Origin: an archaeon
GTDB taxonomy: Archaea > Nanobdellota > Nanobdellia > SCGC-AAA011-G17 > GW2011-AR17
Length of the DNA: 64,000 nt
Assembly: GCA_043825775.1 (NCBI GenBank)
Contig: JBDRRK010000012.1
Span: 129,237 to 193,236, forward strand
Direction of reading: 5' to 3'
The stretch's first letter is position 1; the number at the start of each line of letters is the position of its first letter. Below the pieces are notes generated by a model that worked only from the letters and a program-made list of their open reading frames with translations, ran no database searches and was not told the origin of the DNA. Of the stretch, positions 19,455 through 29,340 are shown one piece after another. The translations under genes were made by a program, and so were the position numbers.

Positions 19455-19937
19455 TTACTCTTCTATTGTGTCTTCTTCTTCATTCTCTCTTCTAATTACT
19501 TTAACAGAATCCATCTTTAAAGTTAGAGGAATTGGAACTGCTGTTTCTAAAAGTTCTACTATCACTTCTTCTTTTTGTTGGTCTATTCTTGTAATTTTTG
19601 CTTTTTCTCTTTTGAATGGACCAGAAATAATTTCAACAATATCATTTCTTTGAATATTCATTTGGATTTTAACTTGTTCAAGCATTGGTTCTATTTCTTT
19701 ATATTCAACTTCTTTTCCAAGTAAGCCTTTTGCATAAGGTATTCCATAATAAGATTCTTCTGCGGTTTGTCTATCTTTTGCTTCTAAAAAAATATAACCT
19801 CTCATTCCATGAGGCCTAATAATTGAATATACTTCTAATTTCTTTTTTTCAATGTTTGAACTTAAGAAGTCAACAACTTGGTCTTCCCTATTAGCTGTTG
19901 TTCTTAGTGCAAATATTTTGTTTTGTAATTCTTCCAT
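19455..19937 (-). CDS. spt5: transcription elongation factor Spt5 (NusG homolog)
   Basis: NGN domain plus KOW (GPFKREKAKITRID). Sits in the conserved secE-spt5-rpl11 order. Confidence 0.85.
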   Translation of the reverse strand: MEELQNKIFALRTTANREDQVVDFLSSNIEKKKLEVYSIIRPHGMRGYIFLEAKDRQTAEESYYGIPYAKGLLGKEVEYKEIEPMLEQVKIQMNIQRNDIVEIISGPFKREKAKITRIDQQKEEVIVELLETAVPIPLTLKMDSVKVIRRENEEEDTIEE

Positions 19938-19939
19938 TT

Positions 19940-20128
19940 TTAAATTCCTGCAAGGATTGCAAGTGTTGAAATTATGAATCCTATGATTCCTATTAACAGC
20001 ATTCCTAAAGCTGTTACCTTTACAATTGCTTTGAATTCAGGCATTGTTGGTTTTTTAGTTACCTTTAATACCCTTCTACATTCAATGCTGAAACTTTTCA
20101 ATTTAACCCAGTAGTCTTTAAGTGCCAT
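19940..20128 (-). CDS. secE: preprotein translocase subunit SecE (Sec61 gamma)
   Basis: 62 aa with a single C-terminal TM helix, immediately upstream of spt5. Confidence 0.7.
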   Translation of the reverse strand: MALKDYWVKLKSFSIECRRVLKVTKKPTMPEFKAIVKVTALGMLLIGIIGFIISTLAILAGI

Positions 20129-20171
20129 AGATATTGAAATTAGAAAAAATAAGGATTTATAAAGGTTTGGG

Positions 20172-20525
20172 TTAACTTGCCATATATTTAAGTTCTAATT
20201 CTAATAAATCTATATGATCTTTATAGTCTTCGTAGTATCCGCTCCACTTAGCAACCCATTTTGCATCTCTTAATCTTGTTCTTGCTTCTTTAAAGTCATT
20301 TGCATCTAATGCAAATTTGGCTAAGGATAGATTGATATCTAAATCATTATAACCACTATTTGAATAGGGTAGATACTTCCAAAATTTATCGATTTCTTCT
20401 TGTGTTCTTAGAATTCTTGGAATAACTGGTTTTGCTTTTGTAGTTGTTTCTATTGTTCTTTCAAAGCTTGCTCTAGTAGAATCTTCTAAAGTTCTTCTAT
20501 CTTGTGTTGCAGTTATTCCGTACAT
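20172..20525 (-). CDS. hypothetical protein
   Basis: ORF only. Confidence 0.35.
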   Translation of the reverse strand: MYGITATQDRRTLEDSTRASFERTIETTTKAKPVIPRILRTQEEIDKFWKYLPYSNSGYNDLDINLSLAKFALDANDFKEARTRLRDAKWVAKWSGYYEDYKDHIDLLELELKYMAS

Positions 20526-20621
20526 GTTAAATTTAGGGCTTTATGCCCATTTTAATAAGAATATGGCTAATTTTAATGTTTATAAACCTTTGCTTTTTTA
20601 CTACTAACAGGAGGTTACAAA

Positions 20622-20906
20622 TTAAGCAACCATCCTATCAATTGCAACTGGAATAGGTATTAGTTTTATTTCTAATACTCTCTCAGCAATGTTTATTTCT
20701 GCTTTTTTAGCAAAAAAGGCTGATTTTTTTGGGTCTACTTCTGCTAGACTTCTTGCTAATGAGAGATAGACTTCAGTAGGATTTCTAAACGTTGGTTGGT
20801 TAGAAAAATCATAATCAAATGTTGGTTGTTGTGGGTCTCTTCCGTAAACTGGTCTTTCTTCTTGATTAAGCCAGTTATATCCTGTTTCATATGTGCTTGG
20901 TGTCAT
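20622..20906 (-). CDS. hypothetical protein
   Basis: ORF only. Confidence 0.3.
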   Translation of the reverse strand: MTPSTYETGYNWLNQEERPVYGRDPQQPTFDYDFSNQPTFRNPTEVYLSLARSLAEVDPKKSAFFAKKAEINIAERVLEIKLIPIPVAIDRMVA

Positions 20907-20991
20907 TTTTCTCTCTCTTAGCCTTTATAAATGGGTCGGGACTATAGCACATAGGTTATTTATAAAGATTTATATAATAAAATATAGAAGT

Positions 20992-22095
20992 TTAATCAAT
21001 AAATTCTATTCCAAGCTCGTTTTCAATTTCTCTTCGTTCTTCTTCGTTTTTTCCAAGGTTCCTAGGACCTAAAATTTGAGGGCTTTGAACACCTGTAACA
21101 ATTAATAGAACTCTTAGAGTATTTTCTAAATCATCTGATATTTGTGCTCCCCAGATTATTCTTGCATCGTCGTCTAACTTGTTTGAGATGGATTCTACAA
21201 CACATTTTGCTTCATCTAATGTCATATCTTGACCACCTGAAACATTAATTAGAGCACCTGATGCTCCTGAAATATCAACATCTAATAATGGATTTTGAAT
21301 TGCTTTTTCAACTGCTTCTATTGCTCTTTGTTCTGTATCAGATTCACCAATCCCAATCATTGAAACCCCACCATTGCCCATAACAGCTCTAATATCTGCA
21401 AAGTCTAAGTTAACTAGTCCAGCTTTTGTAACTAATTCTGCTATTCCCTTTACTGAATTTGTAAGAATTTCATCTGCAACCTTGAATGCTGTTTGTAATG
21501 GTAGATCTGGAGCTAATTCAAGAAGTTTATCATTAGGAATAACAATTAATGTATCAACATTTCTTTCCATTTTTTCAAGGCCAATAACTGCATTTTCATA
21601 TCTTCTTCCACCTTCCATTGCAAATGGCAATGTAACAATTCCTACTGTTAGGGCTCCAACTCTTTTTGCAATGTCTGCAACTACTGGTGCGGATCCTGTT
21701 CCAGTTCCTCCACCAAGCCCACAGGTAATGAAAACCATGTCTGCACCTTGTAAGTGTTGTCTTATTTCATGTTCTGATTCACGAGCTGCTTCTTCACCAA
21801 CTTGTGGCATTGAGCCTGCTCCTAAACCCTGAGTTAATTCCTTACCAATTAGAATTTTAATATCAGCATTAGTATATAAGAGATCTTGAGCATCTGTATT
21901 GATTGCCATTGTTTCAGCACCAGAGATACCAACATCAGTCATTCTGTTAATAGAATTATTTCCTCCTCCACCACATCCAACCACTTTAATCTTTGCTTTT
22001 TGTTTTGCGAGTAATTGTTCTAATTCTTGATCAACTGGATTTACCTTTCTTTGTTGTGGAGAATGGTGTTCCGCATTTCTAAAAATTGTTTCCAT
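20992..22095 (-). CDS. ftsZ: cell division GTPase FtsZ
   Basis: VGCGGGGNNSINRM and GGGTGTG tubulin signature motifs. Confidence 0.95.
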   Translation of the reverse strand: METIFRNAEHHSPQQRKVNPVDQELEQLLAKQKAKIKVVGCGGGGNNSINRMTDVGISGAETMAINTDAQDLLYTNADIKILIGKELTQGLGAGSMPQVGEEAARESEHEIRQHLQGADMVFITCGLGGGTGTGSAPVVADIAKRVGALTVGIVTLPFAMEGGRRYENAVIGLEKMERNVDTLIVIPNDKLLELAPDLPLQTAFKVADEILTNSVKGIAELVTKAGLVNLDFADIRAVMGNGGVSMIGIGESDTEQRAIEAVEKAIQNPLLDVDISGASGALINVSGGQDMTLDEAKCVVESISNKLDDDARIIWGAQISDDLENTLRVLLIVTGVQSPQILGPRNLGKNEEERREIENELGIEFID

Positions 22096-22145
22096 CTAGG
22101 AGAAAATTATAAAGTAAATTTATAAAGTTAATTATGATATATTTT

Positions 22146-22772
22146 CTATTTTTTGAAAGTTACTTCTTTTATTTCGGGGATTCTTTCTATTACTTCCTCT
22201 TGTAGTACTTTTTTTAGCTCTTCTGGAAGGTCTATTGTAATATGTAGTTTATTTTCTGTGATTTCGTGTTTTATATTGCTTCCAATTGCGTTTTTTAAGA
22301 AAGAATCTACTTTTTCTTTTGTTTCTGTAACAATTCTTGTTATTTTTACATTGTATTTTAGAATCCTACCTGAGAGAGGATGGTTGAAATCTATCATTAC
22401 TCGTCCTCCAGATACGGTTTTTACTGTTCCAATCATTCCATCTATGTTTATTTGTAAACCTGGATATGGTTGAACTTCTTGATCTTTAAATTTCTTTAAT
22501 GAGACTAGCTGGAAAAGTTTAGCATCTTTTTTTCCAAATCCTTTTTCTGGTTGGATAGTTGTTTCAAATTCTTTGTTCAGTTCTTTATCTTCTAAAGAAT
22601 CATCTAAACCTTCTACAATCTCTCTTTTACCTATGCAAACTATAATGTTGTCTAATGTTTCTTTAAAGTTGTTGGCTTTTGCTACTTCTTTATCATTTGT
22701 GTCAAAAATGCTTCCATCTTCTAGTTTTCCTGTCACAATCAATTCTACGAAGTCGCCTTTCTTTGTTTTCAT
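22146..22772 (-). CDS. FKBP-type peptidyl-prolyl cis-trans isomerase (SlyD-like, with insert-in-flap domain)
   Basis: GDFVELIVTGKLEDGSIFDTN FKBP core with ~208-aa archaeal long-FKBP architecture. Confidence 0.8.
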   Translation of the reverse strand: MKTKKGDFVELIVTGKLEDGSIFDTNDKEVAKANNFKETLDNIIVCIGKREIVEGLDDSLEDKELNKEFETTIQPEKGFGKKDAKLFQLVSLKKFKDQEVQPYPGLQINIDGMIGTVKTVSGGRVMIDFNHPLSGRILKYNVKITRIVTETKEKVDSFLKNAIGSNIKHEITENKLHITIDLPEELKKVLQEEVIERIPEIKEVTFKK

Positions 22773-22874
22773 CTTTTGTGAGAAATTCTTGGAGTATATA
22801 AAATTTTTTATATTATTCCATTTATTGTTCTTTAGTAGAAAGTTTTATAAACAAATTCTATTTTTAAGATTTAT

Positions 22875-23273
22875 ATGGGAGAGATTAAGCAGATAGATGC
22901 TACAGGTGCAAAGACTGGAAGATATGTTATCTTTGATGGTCAGGCTTGTATTGTAAAAAGTATCGAGATTTCACGTCCTGGAAAACATGGACATGCAAAA
23001 TGTCGGATTGAGGCTGTTACAATAAAAGATGGGAAAAAAATCATAAAGATTATGCCTGGACATGATAAGATTGAATCTCCTGTTATCGAGAAGAAAAAAG
23101 CCCAAGTACTCTCAGTTAATGGAAATCAAGCAAGTGTTATGGATATGGAAACATTTGAAACATTTGATATTGAAATTCCAGAGGAGTTGGTTGGTAAAGT
23201 TAATGAAGGTACTATAGTAATATACTGGGGTGTACTCGAAGACAAGTTGATGAAACAAATTTCCACAGACTAA
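22875..23273 (+). CDS. eif5a: translation initiation factor 5A (aIF5A), hypusine-containing
   Basis: SRPGKHGHAKCRIEA hypusination loop. Confidence 0.9.
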   Translation: MGEIKQIDATGAKTGRYVIFDGQACIVKSIEISRPGKHGHAKCRIEAVTIKDGKKIIKIMPGHDKIESPVIEKKKAQVLSVNGNQASVMDMETFETFDIEIPEELVGKVNEGTIVIYWGVLEDKLMKQISTD

Positions 23274-23274
23274 A

Positions 23275-23439
23275 ATGGCAAGATTTGAAGCAACACAAGC
23301 AAGATTGTATAAAAGAATCTTTGTATGTAAGAAATGTAAGACAAAGATTAGAACTGATATAAACAGAGTTTTGCAAAAAAAAGTTAAATGTAGAAATTGT
23401 CAATCAAAAGAGATGAGGCCAATTAAAACTAAGAAATGA
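23275..23439 (+). CDS. rpl40e: 50S ribosomal protein L40e
   Basis: Manual translation gives MARFEATQARLYKRIFVCKKCKTKIRTDINRVLQKKVKCRNCQSKEMRPIKTKK (54 aa) with a C4 zinc ribbon. Starts 1 nt after the aIF5A stop, and its TGA overlaps the next ATG. Missed by the ORF track. Confidence 0.75.
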   Translation: MARFEATQARLYKRIFVCKKCKTKIRTDINRVLQKKVKCRNCQSKEMRPIKTKK

Positions 23440-24608
23440 ACTGGGATTTAATTTCATTGTTTGTCTTTTATGGAATTCTTATATTAATATTTTTTAGATA
23501 TAGAGAGAAATTTATTGTTCAAAGTAAAATATTTGTTTTGTATAAGACTAAATTAGGGTTAAAATTGATGGATAGAATTTCTAGATTTTCTCCAAAAGTA
23601 CAGAAGTTTTTAGGTTATGTTGGAATTTTTGTTGGATTTATTTCAATGATATTTATTTTTGTGTTAGTTGTTTATGGAACTTTAAAATTCGTATTGGTTC
23701 CTGGAACTGCTCCTGCTTTAGCTCCTGTTTTGCCTGGAGTTAAGATTGATGGTGCTCCCGATTTAAGTTTTTGGCATTGGGTTATTTCAATCTTTATTGT
23801 TGCTGTTATTCATGAATTTTCACATGGTTTGGTTGCTAGGCTGCATAATATTAAAGTAAAGAGTTCTGGATTTGCATTTTTAGGACCAATCTTGGCTGCT
23901 TTTGTTGAGCCTGATGAAAAAGAGATGAGTAAAAAAAGTAAAATGCAACAATTATCTGTATTTGCTGCAGGACCATTTTCAAATATTGTTTTTGCAGGTT
24001 TTGTTTTATTGTTTATGATTTTTTTAATGGGACCCTTTTTGAATACTGTTTATGCTGATAATGGAGTTATTGTTAATTCTGTTATGGAAGATTCAAGTGT
24101 TAGTTCTATTGAAGCTCCCTTTACAATATATTCTATGGATGGTGTTGAGACTTTAGGGGTTATTGATTTGCTTAATGAATCTTTAAATTTGAAACCTGGT
24201 GATTCAGTTGTATTAGGTACAGATAAAGGAGAATATAAAGTAATAGTTGGTTCAAATCCTAAAAATGATAGCCTTGCTTATTTTGGTATGGCTGGTTTAG
24301 AGCAAGATAGTGTTTTGGAAGAAGAATATATCTATTTAGAAAAGTATGAAGGAGTTATTGATTGGGTTAAGTTATTGGTAATATGGTTATTTTTGATTTC
24401 ATTTGGAATTGGTTTGTTTAATCTGTTACCTTTGGGTCCTGTAGATGGAGGAAGAATGTTTTTAGTTTTAGGTACTGCTATTTTTAATGAGAAGATTGCA
24501 AAAAAGATGTTGACTATTGTTTCTATATTTTTGTTAATGATAATTATTATTAATTTGCTTCCTTATTTTAACCAATTGATAGTTGGTTTGTATAATTTAC
24601 TTTTTTAA
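23436..24608 (+). CDS. M50-family site-2 protease-like membrane zinc metalloprotease
   Basis: HEFSHGLVA (HExxH) inside a TM helix, multiple TM segments, and a central soluble PDZ-like insert. Confidence 0.75.
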   Translation: MNWDLISLFVFYGILILIFFRYREKFIVQSKIFVLYKTKLGLKLMDRISRFSPKVQKFLGYVGIFVGFISMIFIFVLVVYGTLKFVLVPGTAPALAPVLPGVKIDGAPDLSFWHWVISIFIVAVIHEFSHGLVARLHNIKVKSSGFAFLGPILAAFVEPDEKEMSKKSKMQQLSVFAAGPFSNIVFAGFVLLFMIFLMGPFLNTVYADNGVIVNSVMEDSSVSSIEAPFTIYSMDGVETLGVIDLLNESLNLKPGDSVVLGTDKGEYKVIVGSNPKNDSLAYFGMAGLEQDSVLEEEYIYLEKYEGVIDWVKLLVIWLFLISFGIGLFNLLPLGPVDGGRMFLVLGTAIFNEKIAKKMLTIVSIFLLMIIIINLLPYFNQLIVGLYNLLF

Positions 24609-25511
24609 TAGAAATATTCTTCTTGTTAAAGTTCCGTGAACATAATCTGTAGCAATTAATTCTTTGTTATATTCTGTTTCAATTTCTACATTATTTGGAG
24701 ACATTAATACTACTCTGTCTATAAATGGATAGACATTTTTTAGAAATTCTTTGTAGAGTTTTTCTATTTCTGTTTTGTGTAAAGAAGCTCTTCTACCATA
24801 TGGTGGATCAGTAACAATTGCATCTGCTTTGTATTTTGCTTTTCTTGCATCTGCTATTTCTAATTTACCTTCTACTTTGTATTCTTTGAAGTTTTTTTCT
24901 GCTAGTTCTATTAGTTTTTTATCTATGTCTGTTCCAATTATAGTTAATTTCATTAATCCAGCTTCAATTAGTATGCCTCCAGTTCCACAGAATGGATCCC
25001 ATACTATTCCTTCTTGTACCCCAGTTAGATTTACTAGGGCTCTTGCTAATTTAGGTTTTAATGATACTGGAAAAAAACCTGGACGTATATCTGGACGTCT
25101 TAGATGAAATTTTTCTTCTCTTTTATGTATATGTTTTCCAACAATTACTTGATTTTTTGTTATAAAAATATTTATTTCAGTATCCGAATTGTTTAATTTA
25201 ACTTTTGGATTATCAACTTGTTCCCAAATAAATTTTGCAAATGATTTTTCATATTTTGTTTCATTACTTCTTATGCAGAAATTGTTTTTGTATTCATTTT
25301 TCCAGTCAAAGTTTTGAAATTTTGCTTTTATTTCTGTTTTTTTACATTGGAATAGAAATTTGTATATGTTTTTTGTGTAGGATAATCTTGTGTAATCAAA
25401 TTCTTTGTCTAAGAGTAATAGGTTTTCGTATATTTTACCTTTGATTTGTGCTAGTTGTTCTACTTCTGCCCTTGCAAGGTCTATATTGTCCTTGTTTAGT
25501 TCGAATATCAT
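24597..25511 (-). CDS. THUMP-domain tRNA (guanine-N2) methyltransferase (Trm11/Trm14 family)
   Basis: N-terminal THUMP-like region, then motif I DPFCGTGG and motif IV DPPYG. Confidence 0.75.
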   Translation of the reverse strand: MIFELNKDNIDLARAEVEQLAQIKGKIYENLLLLDKEFDYTRLSYTKNIYKFLFQCKKTEIKAKFQNFDWKNEYKNNFCIRSNETKYEKSFAKFIWEQVDNPKVKLNNSDTEINIFITKNQVIVGKHIHKREEKFHLRRPDIRPGFFPVSLKPKLARALVNLTGVQEGIVWDPFCGTGGILIEAGLMKLTIIGTDIDKKLIELAEKNFKEYKVEGKLEIADARKAKYKADAIVTDPPYGRRASLHKTEIEKLYKEFLKNVYPFIDRVVLMSPNNVEIETEYNKELIATDYVHGTLTRRIFLLKK

Positions 25512-25563
25512 TGTTTATTTTAATTTCTAAATCTTTAAAAAGCTTAGTAAAAATATTGAACTT

Positions 25564-26616
25564 ATGGAATCTTATGGTCAATCAGTGGGAAGGAGATATC
25601 CTGTACAAATAAATACATTGATAACTAATTCTTTTTTGAATGATTATGCAAGATTATTGGGTTCTAAGAGTAGAAGAAGATTGACTGAAAAGACACAAGT
25701 TTTTTCCTTACCTAGAAATATTTATGTTAGAACAAGGGCTGTTCATACTGATGATGTAATTGCGACTTCTATGGCAATAGCAAGTCAATTAGGATTGAAT
25801 GTTCCTCTTTGTATGGCTGGTGCTGCTGGGCATGATATTGGTCATACTCCTTTTGGTCATTTAGGTGAAAGTGTTTTAACTAGATATGCTCAAGATGTCT
25901 TAGGAAGAGAGGGAGTAGAATTTAAACATTATGTTGCAGGTGTTGTTGTCGCACAACAGATTGAACGTAGTGGTTCTGGTTTAAATCTATGCTATGAAAC
26001 ATTAGAATGTATGTTAAATCATTCAAGAGGAGAAGGAGATTTAGTAGTTGATTCAAATTTATCACAAGAAGCTGCTGTTGTAATGTTTGCTGATAAGATT
26101 GCTTATACTTTTGCAGATATTAATGATGCATTTAGAAATGGATATTTATCTGAAGGAAGTATTCCTGTTGCAGCTAGACAGCTTGGTAGAAGTCAAAGAA
26201 AGAGAGAGAATGCAGTTATTAGGGCTTTAGTTTCTGAGAGTTTGGATAGAGGCTATGTTTCTTTTTCAGAGGGAGAAGTTTTTGAAATGTTTACTGAAAT
26301 AAAGGCTTTTATGTATACAAATGTTTACAAAACAATTAATACTGAAATTCATGAGAAAATTTTATGGGAGATATGTAAGTTTTTTAATGAGCATGAATAT
26401 TTTGGTAGTGTTGATCCAGTTTTATTAACTTCTTTACTTACTGATAAAGAGGCTTTTGATTTTGCTAAAATTATGCTTGGTGGAAGAAGACCTACAATTG
26501 AAGAGATTAGACATTTTGGTATTTTTGAAGTATTAAAATATGTAAAAAATAAAGATATTGATTGGGCTGATCCTGATTTAGACTGGAAAGATGAAGCTCA
26601 TCCTGATGTCCAATAG
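25564..26616 (+). CDS. HD-domain phosphohydrolase, dGTPase-like
   Basis: HDIGHTPFGH HD motif and ~350-aa length. Confidence 0.7.
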   Translation: MESYGQSVGRRYPVQINTLITNSFLNDYARLLGSKSRRRLTEKTQVFSLPRNIYVRTRAVHTDDVIATSMAIASQLGLNVPLCMAGAAGHDIGHTPFGHLGESVLTRYAQDVLGREGVEFKHYVAGVVVAQQIERSGSGLNLCYETLECMLNHSRGEGDLVVDSNLSQEAAVVMFADKIAYTFADINDAFRNGYLSEGSIPVAARQLGRSQRKRENAVIRALVSESLDRGYVSFSEGEVFEMFTEIKAFMYTNVYKTINTEIHEKILWEICKFFNEHEYFGSVDPVLLTSLLTDKEAFDFAKIMLGGRRPTIEEIRHFGIFEVLKYVKNKDIDWADPDLDWKDEAHPDVQ

Positions 26617-26647
26617 TTTTATTAATCCTTAATTTTTCTAATATATT

Positions 26648-27382
26648 ATGTATGTAGATGTTCACTGTCATTTAGATGACGATAGGTTTGAGAAAGATAT
26701 TGATGAAGTAATTAAAAATGCAGAGAAGAATAAGGTAGTAGCTATAATTAATAATGGTGCTTCTCCCTTAAGAAATAGGAAGACTATTGAATTGTCTAAA
26801 AAATATAAGATTGTTAAGAGTGCTTTAGGATTTTATCCTGGTGAGATTATCGATTTTAAAGATGAAGAGATTGAAAAAGAGTTGAAATGGATTGAGAAGC
26901 AAAAACCAATTGCTTTAGGAGAGATTGGTTTGGATGGAACTTATGATAATTTAGAGAAACAAGAAAAATATTTTAGGAAATTTATTGAGTTGGGTAAAAA
27001 ATTAAATGTTCCTTTAATAATTCATACAAGAAAGGCTGAGAAAAGAATTGTTGATTTAATTGAGGAGTTGAAACCAAAGAAAGTTGTATTGCACTGTTTT
27101 TCTGGAAAATTGAAATTGTTAAAAAGATTAGAAGGTATGGATGTTTATTTTTCTATTCCTCCAATTATTGTTTTTTCAGAACAGTTTAAAGCTTTGGTAA
27201 GACATACTCCTTTAACAAGATTACTGACGGAAACTGATGCTCCATGGATGTCTCCAATTAAAGGAGAAAGGAATGAGCCTTCAAATGTTTTAGTTACTAT
27301 AAAAGAAATTGCAAAGATAAAAAATGTTGAAGAACAAGAAGTAATGAAAGCAATATATTCTAATTATCAGAAGTTGTTTTAA
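26648..27382 (+). CDS. tatD: TatD-family metal-dependent hydrolase
   Basis: VDVHCHLD N-terminal motif and ~244-aa length. Confidence 0.85.
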   Translation: MYVDVHCHLDDDRFEKDIDEVIKNAEKNKVVAIINNGASPLRNRKTIELSKKYKIVKSALGFYPGEIIDFKDEEIEKELKWIEKQKPIALGEIGLDGTYDNLEKQEKYFRKFIELGKKLNVPLIIHTRKAEKRIVDLIEELKPKKVVLHCFSGKLKLLKRLEGMDVYFSIPPIIVFSEQFKALVRHTPLTRLLTETDAPWMSPIKGERNEPSNVLVTIKEIAKIKNVEEQEVMKAIYSNYQKLF

Positions 27383-27421
27383 TTAGTAACCTTTTTATAT
27401 TATTAAGCATATAGATTTTTA

Positions 27422-27571
27422 TATGGTTTTAGTAAGAAGATCTAGAAATGGAGTAGCTAAAAAAAGAGTGGTTAAGAAAAAAGCTGTTAAGAAAAAAGTT
27501 AAGAAAAAAGCAGTTAAGAAGAAAGTGAAGAAAACTACAAAAAAGAAAGCTACTAAAAAGAAAAAGAGGTA
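27422..27571 (+). CDS. putative 49-aa extremely lysine-rich protein (KKKAVKKKV repeats)
   Basis: MVLVRRSRNGVAKKRVVKKKAVKKKVKKKAVKKKVKKTTKKKATKKKKR. Fills an otherwise empty 260-bp gap and is below the ORF-track cutoff. Confidence 0.35.
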
Positions 27572-27640
27572 AAATTAATTTCATTCTTATTAATCTCTAT
27601 AGGGGAGATTGTCGCAACTTTTATAAAACTGCGTTTATTT

Positions 27641-28582
27641 TTGTTAGCTATGATTAATGATTTAATAAAAAAGGACTTAAAAAAACAAGGTTATAGAATT
27701 GTTGGTAAACATAGTGCTGTTAAGGTTTGTTTGTGGTGTAAGAGATCTCTGAAAAATGAAGATGTGTGTTATAAAGAGACTTTTTATGGTATTAAAAGCC
27801 ATAGATGTGTGCAAAGTAGTGTTTCTTTGTTAAATTGTATGCATCAGTGTGAATTTTGTTGGAGAAGTTTAGAACATACTGAATTTTCTAAGGTTAAAGA
27901 TGAGGATGATCCTAAGATTATATTAGATGGTTTGATAAGAGAACAGAATACCTTTTTGAAAGGTTTTAATGGTAATGTTAAGACTGACAAGAAGAAGTAT
28001 AAAGAAAGTATAGTACCTAAACATATTGCTTTATCTCTATCTGGAGATGCAACAATGTATAATAAACTTCCTGAGCTAATTACAGAGATTAAAAGTAGAG
28101 ATATGACTGCATTTCTTGTTACAAATGGACAAGAGCCAGATATGTTATTAAAATTAAAAGATAAACCTACACAAACATATGTTACTTTGGCTGCTTGTGA
28201 TGAAGAGATGTATAAGAGAACATGTAAACCTCATTACAAAGATGGTTGGAATAGGTTGATGAAATCATTAGAATTGTTGCAAGAGTTTCCAAGAAGTACT
28301 ATTAGGTTATCTTTGTTAAAAGGATTAAATATGGAAAATCCAAAAAAATATGCTGTGATTATTAAAAAATATAAACCTAAGTTTGTTGAAGTGAAAGCTG
28401 TAATGGCTGTAGGTTATGCACAATATAGAGTTGAGTATAAACGAATGCCTAGACATAATGAAATTTTAGAGTTTTCTAAAAAGATTGCAGAGGAATTAGG
28501 ATGGAAGATAGTTGCTGAGAAAGAAGAATCTAGAGTTGTTCTTATAATGGAAGAAGATAGAGATAGATTAATAGAAATGTAG
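27641..28582 (+). CDS. taw1: tRNA 4-demethylwyosine synthase (Taw1/TYW1 radical SAM)
   Basis: CMHQCEFC CX3CX2C radical-SAM cluster motif, additional conserved cysteines, and Taw1-like length. Confidence 0.7.
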   Translation: MLAMINDLIKKDLKKQGYRIVGKHSAVKVCLWCKRSLKNEDVCYKETFYGIKSHRCVQSSVSLLNCMHQCEFCWRSLEHTEFSKVKDEDDPKIILDGLIREQNTFLKGFNGNVKTDKKKYKESIVPKHIALSLSGDATMYNKLPELITEIKSRDMTAFLVTNGQEPDMLLKLKDKPTQTYVTLAACDEEMYKRTCKPHYKDGWNRLMKSLELLQEFPRSTIRLSLLKGLNMENPKKYAVIIKKYKPKFVEVKAVMAVGYAQYRVEYKRMPRHNEILEFSKKIAEELGWKIVAEKEESRVVLIMEEDRDRLIEM

Positions 28583-29315
28583 CTAGGATAAAGCAGTAGA
28601 TTGAAAACACCCAAAACTTCTGTTTTTTAATTATTTCAAGTAAAAACTTTAATGTTACGTAACCAACTATAATTGTGATTAACATACCTATTATTACAGG
28701 GATTAAATCTGATACAATAAAAGATGAATCATATTCTAGGATTGTTGCTCCAATAACTGCTGGTATGAATAATAAGAAAGAAAAGGTAGCTATTTCTTCT
28801 CTTTTTATTCCTAATAATAATCCTGTTGAAATTGTGCTTCCGGATCTTGAGATTCCAGGAATTAATGCAAGACCTTGTACTAACCCAATTATAATGGAGT
28901 CCTTTACTTTTATCTCTCTTTTGAGTTTTACAAATTTTGTTAATAATAATAGTATTCCAGTTACAATAAGGGCTATTGATACTGCTAATAAACTTGTGAA
29001 CATTGGAAGAATCAGGTCTTTGAATAGCAATCCTATAACTGCAGTAAAAAAGGATCCAATTAATATGTATAAACCCAGATAAAAGTGTCTATCTTTTTTC
29101 CATCTTATACATGATTTTAATATATTTATTATCTCTTGATTAAATACAATTAAGATTACAATTAAAGTTGCTAGATGTAACATAATATCATAGAATACTG
29201 GTACTTGAACTGAGAATAATTCTTGGAATATTACTAAATGTCCTGACGAAGAAATTGGTAACCATTCTGTTATTCCTTGTATTATCCCTAGGATGATTGC
29301 ATCAATTATCTCCAT
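28542..29315 (-). CDS. uppP: undecaprenyl-diphosphatase UppP (BacA)
   Basis: GITEWLPISSSGHL motif in a polytopic membrane protein. Confidence 0.85.
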   Translation of the reverse strand: MEIIDAIILGIIQGITEWLPISSSGHLVIFQELFSVQVPVFYDIMLHLATLIVILIVFNQEIINILKSCIRWKKDRHFYLGLYILIGSFFTAVIGLLFKDLILPMFTSLLAVSIALIVTGILLLLTKFVKLKREIKVKDSIIIGLVQGLALIPGISRSGSTISTGLLLGIKREEIATFSFLLFIPAVIGATILEYDSSFIVSDLIPVIIGMLITIIVGYVTLKFLLEIIKKQKFWVFSIYCFILATFLLIYLYLLPL

Positions 29316-29340
29316 TTTTAGAATTTATAATTTGAGGTTT

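Noticed and set aside
21374-21832. 152-aa plus-strand ORF inside ftsZ
   Set aside because: Antisense to the best-conserved part of FtsZ. Ala/Ser-rich as expected from reverse-reading Gly/Ala codons.
27422-27571. Considered whether the AAG/AAA repeats here (and in the rpl31e tail) could be a CRISPR array or satellite
   Set aside because: No regular repeat-spacer periodicity and no exact repeats of CRISPR size. Both are in-frame lysine codon runs. No CRISPR array was found anywhere in the window.
28414-29082. Minus and plus ORFs overlapping the taw1 end and uppP
   Set aside because: Overlap out of frame with well-supported genes and have no features of their own.
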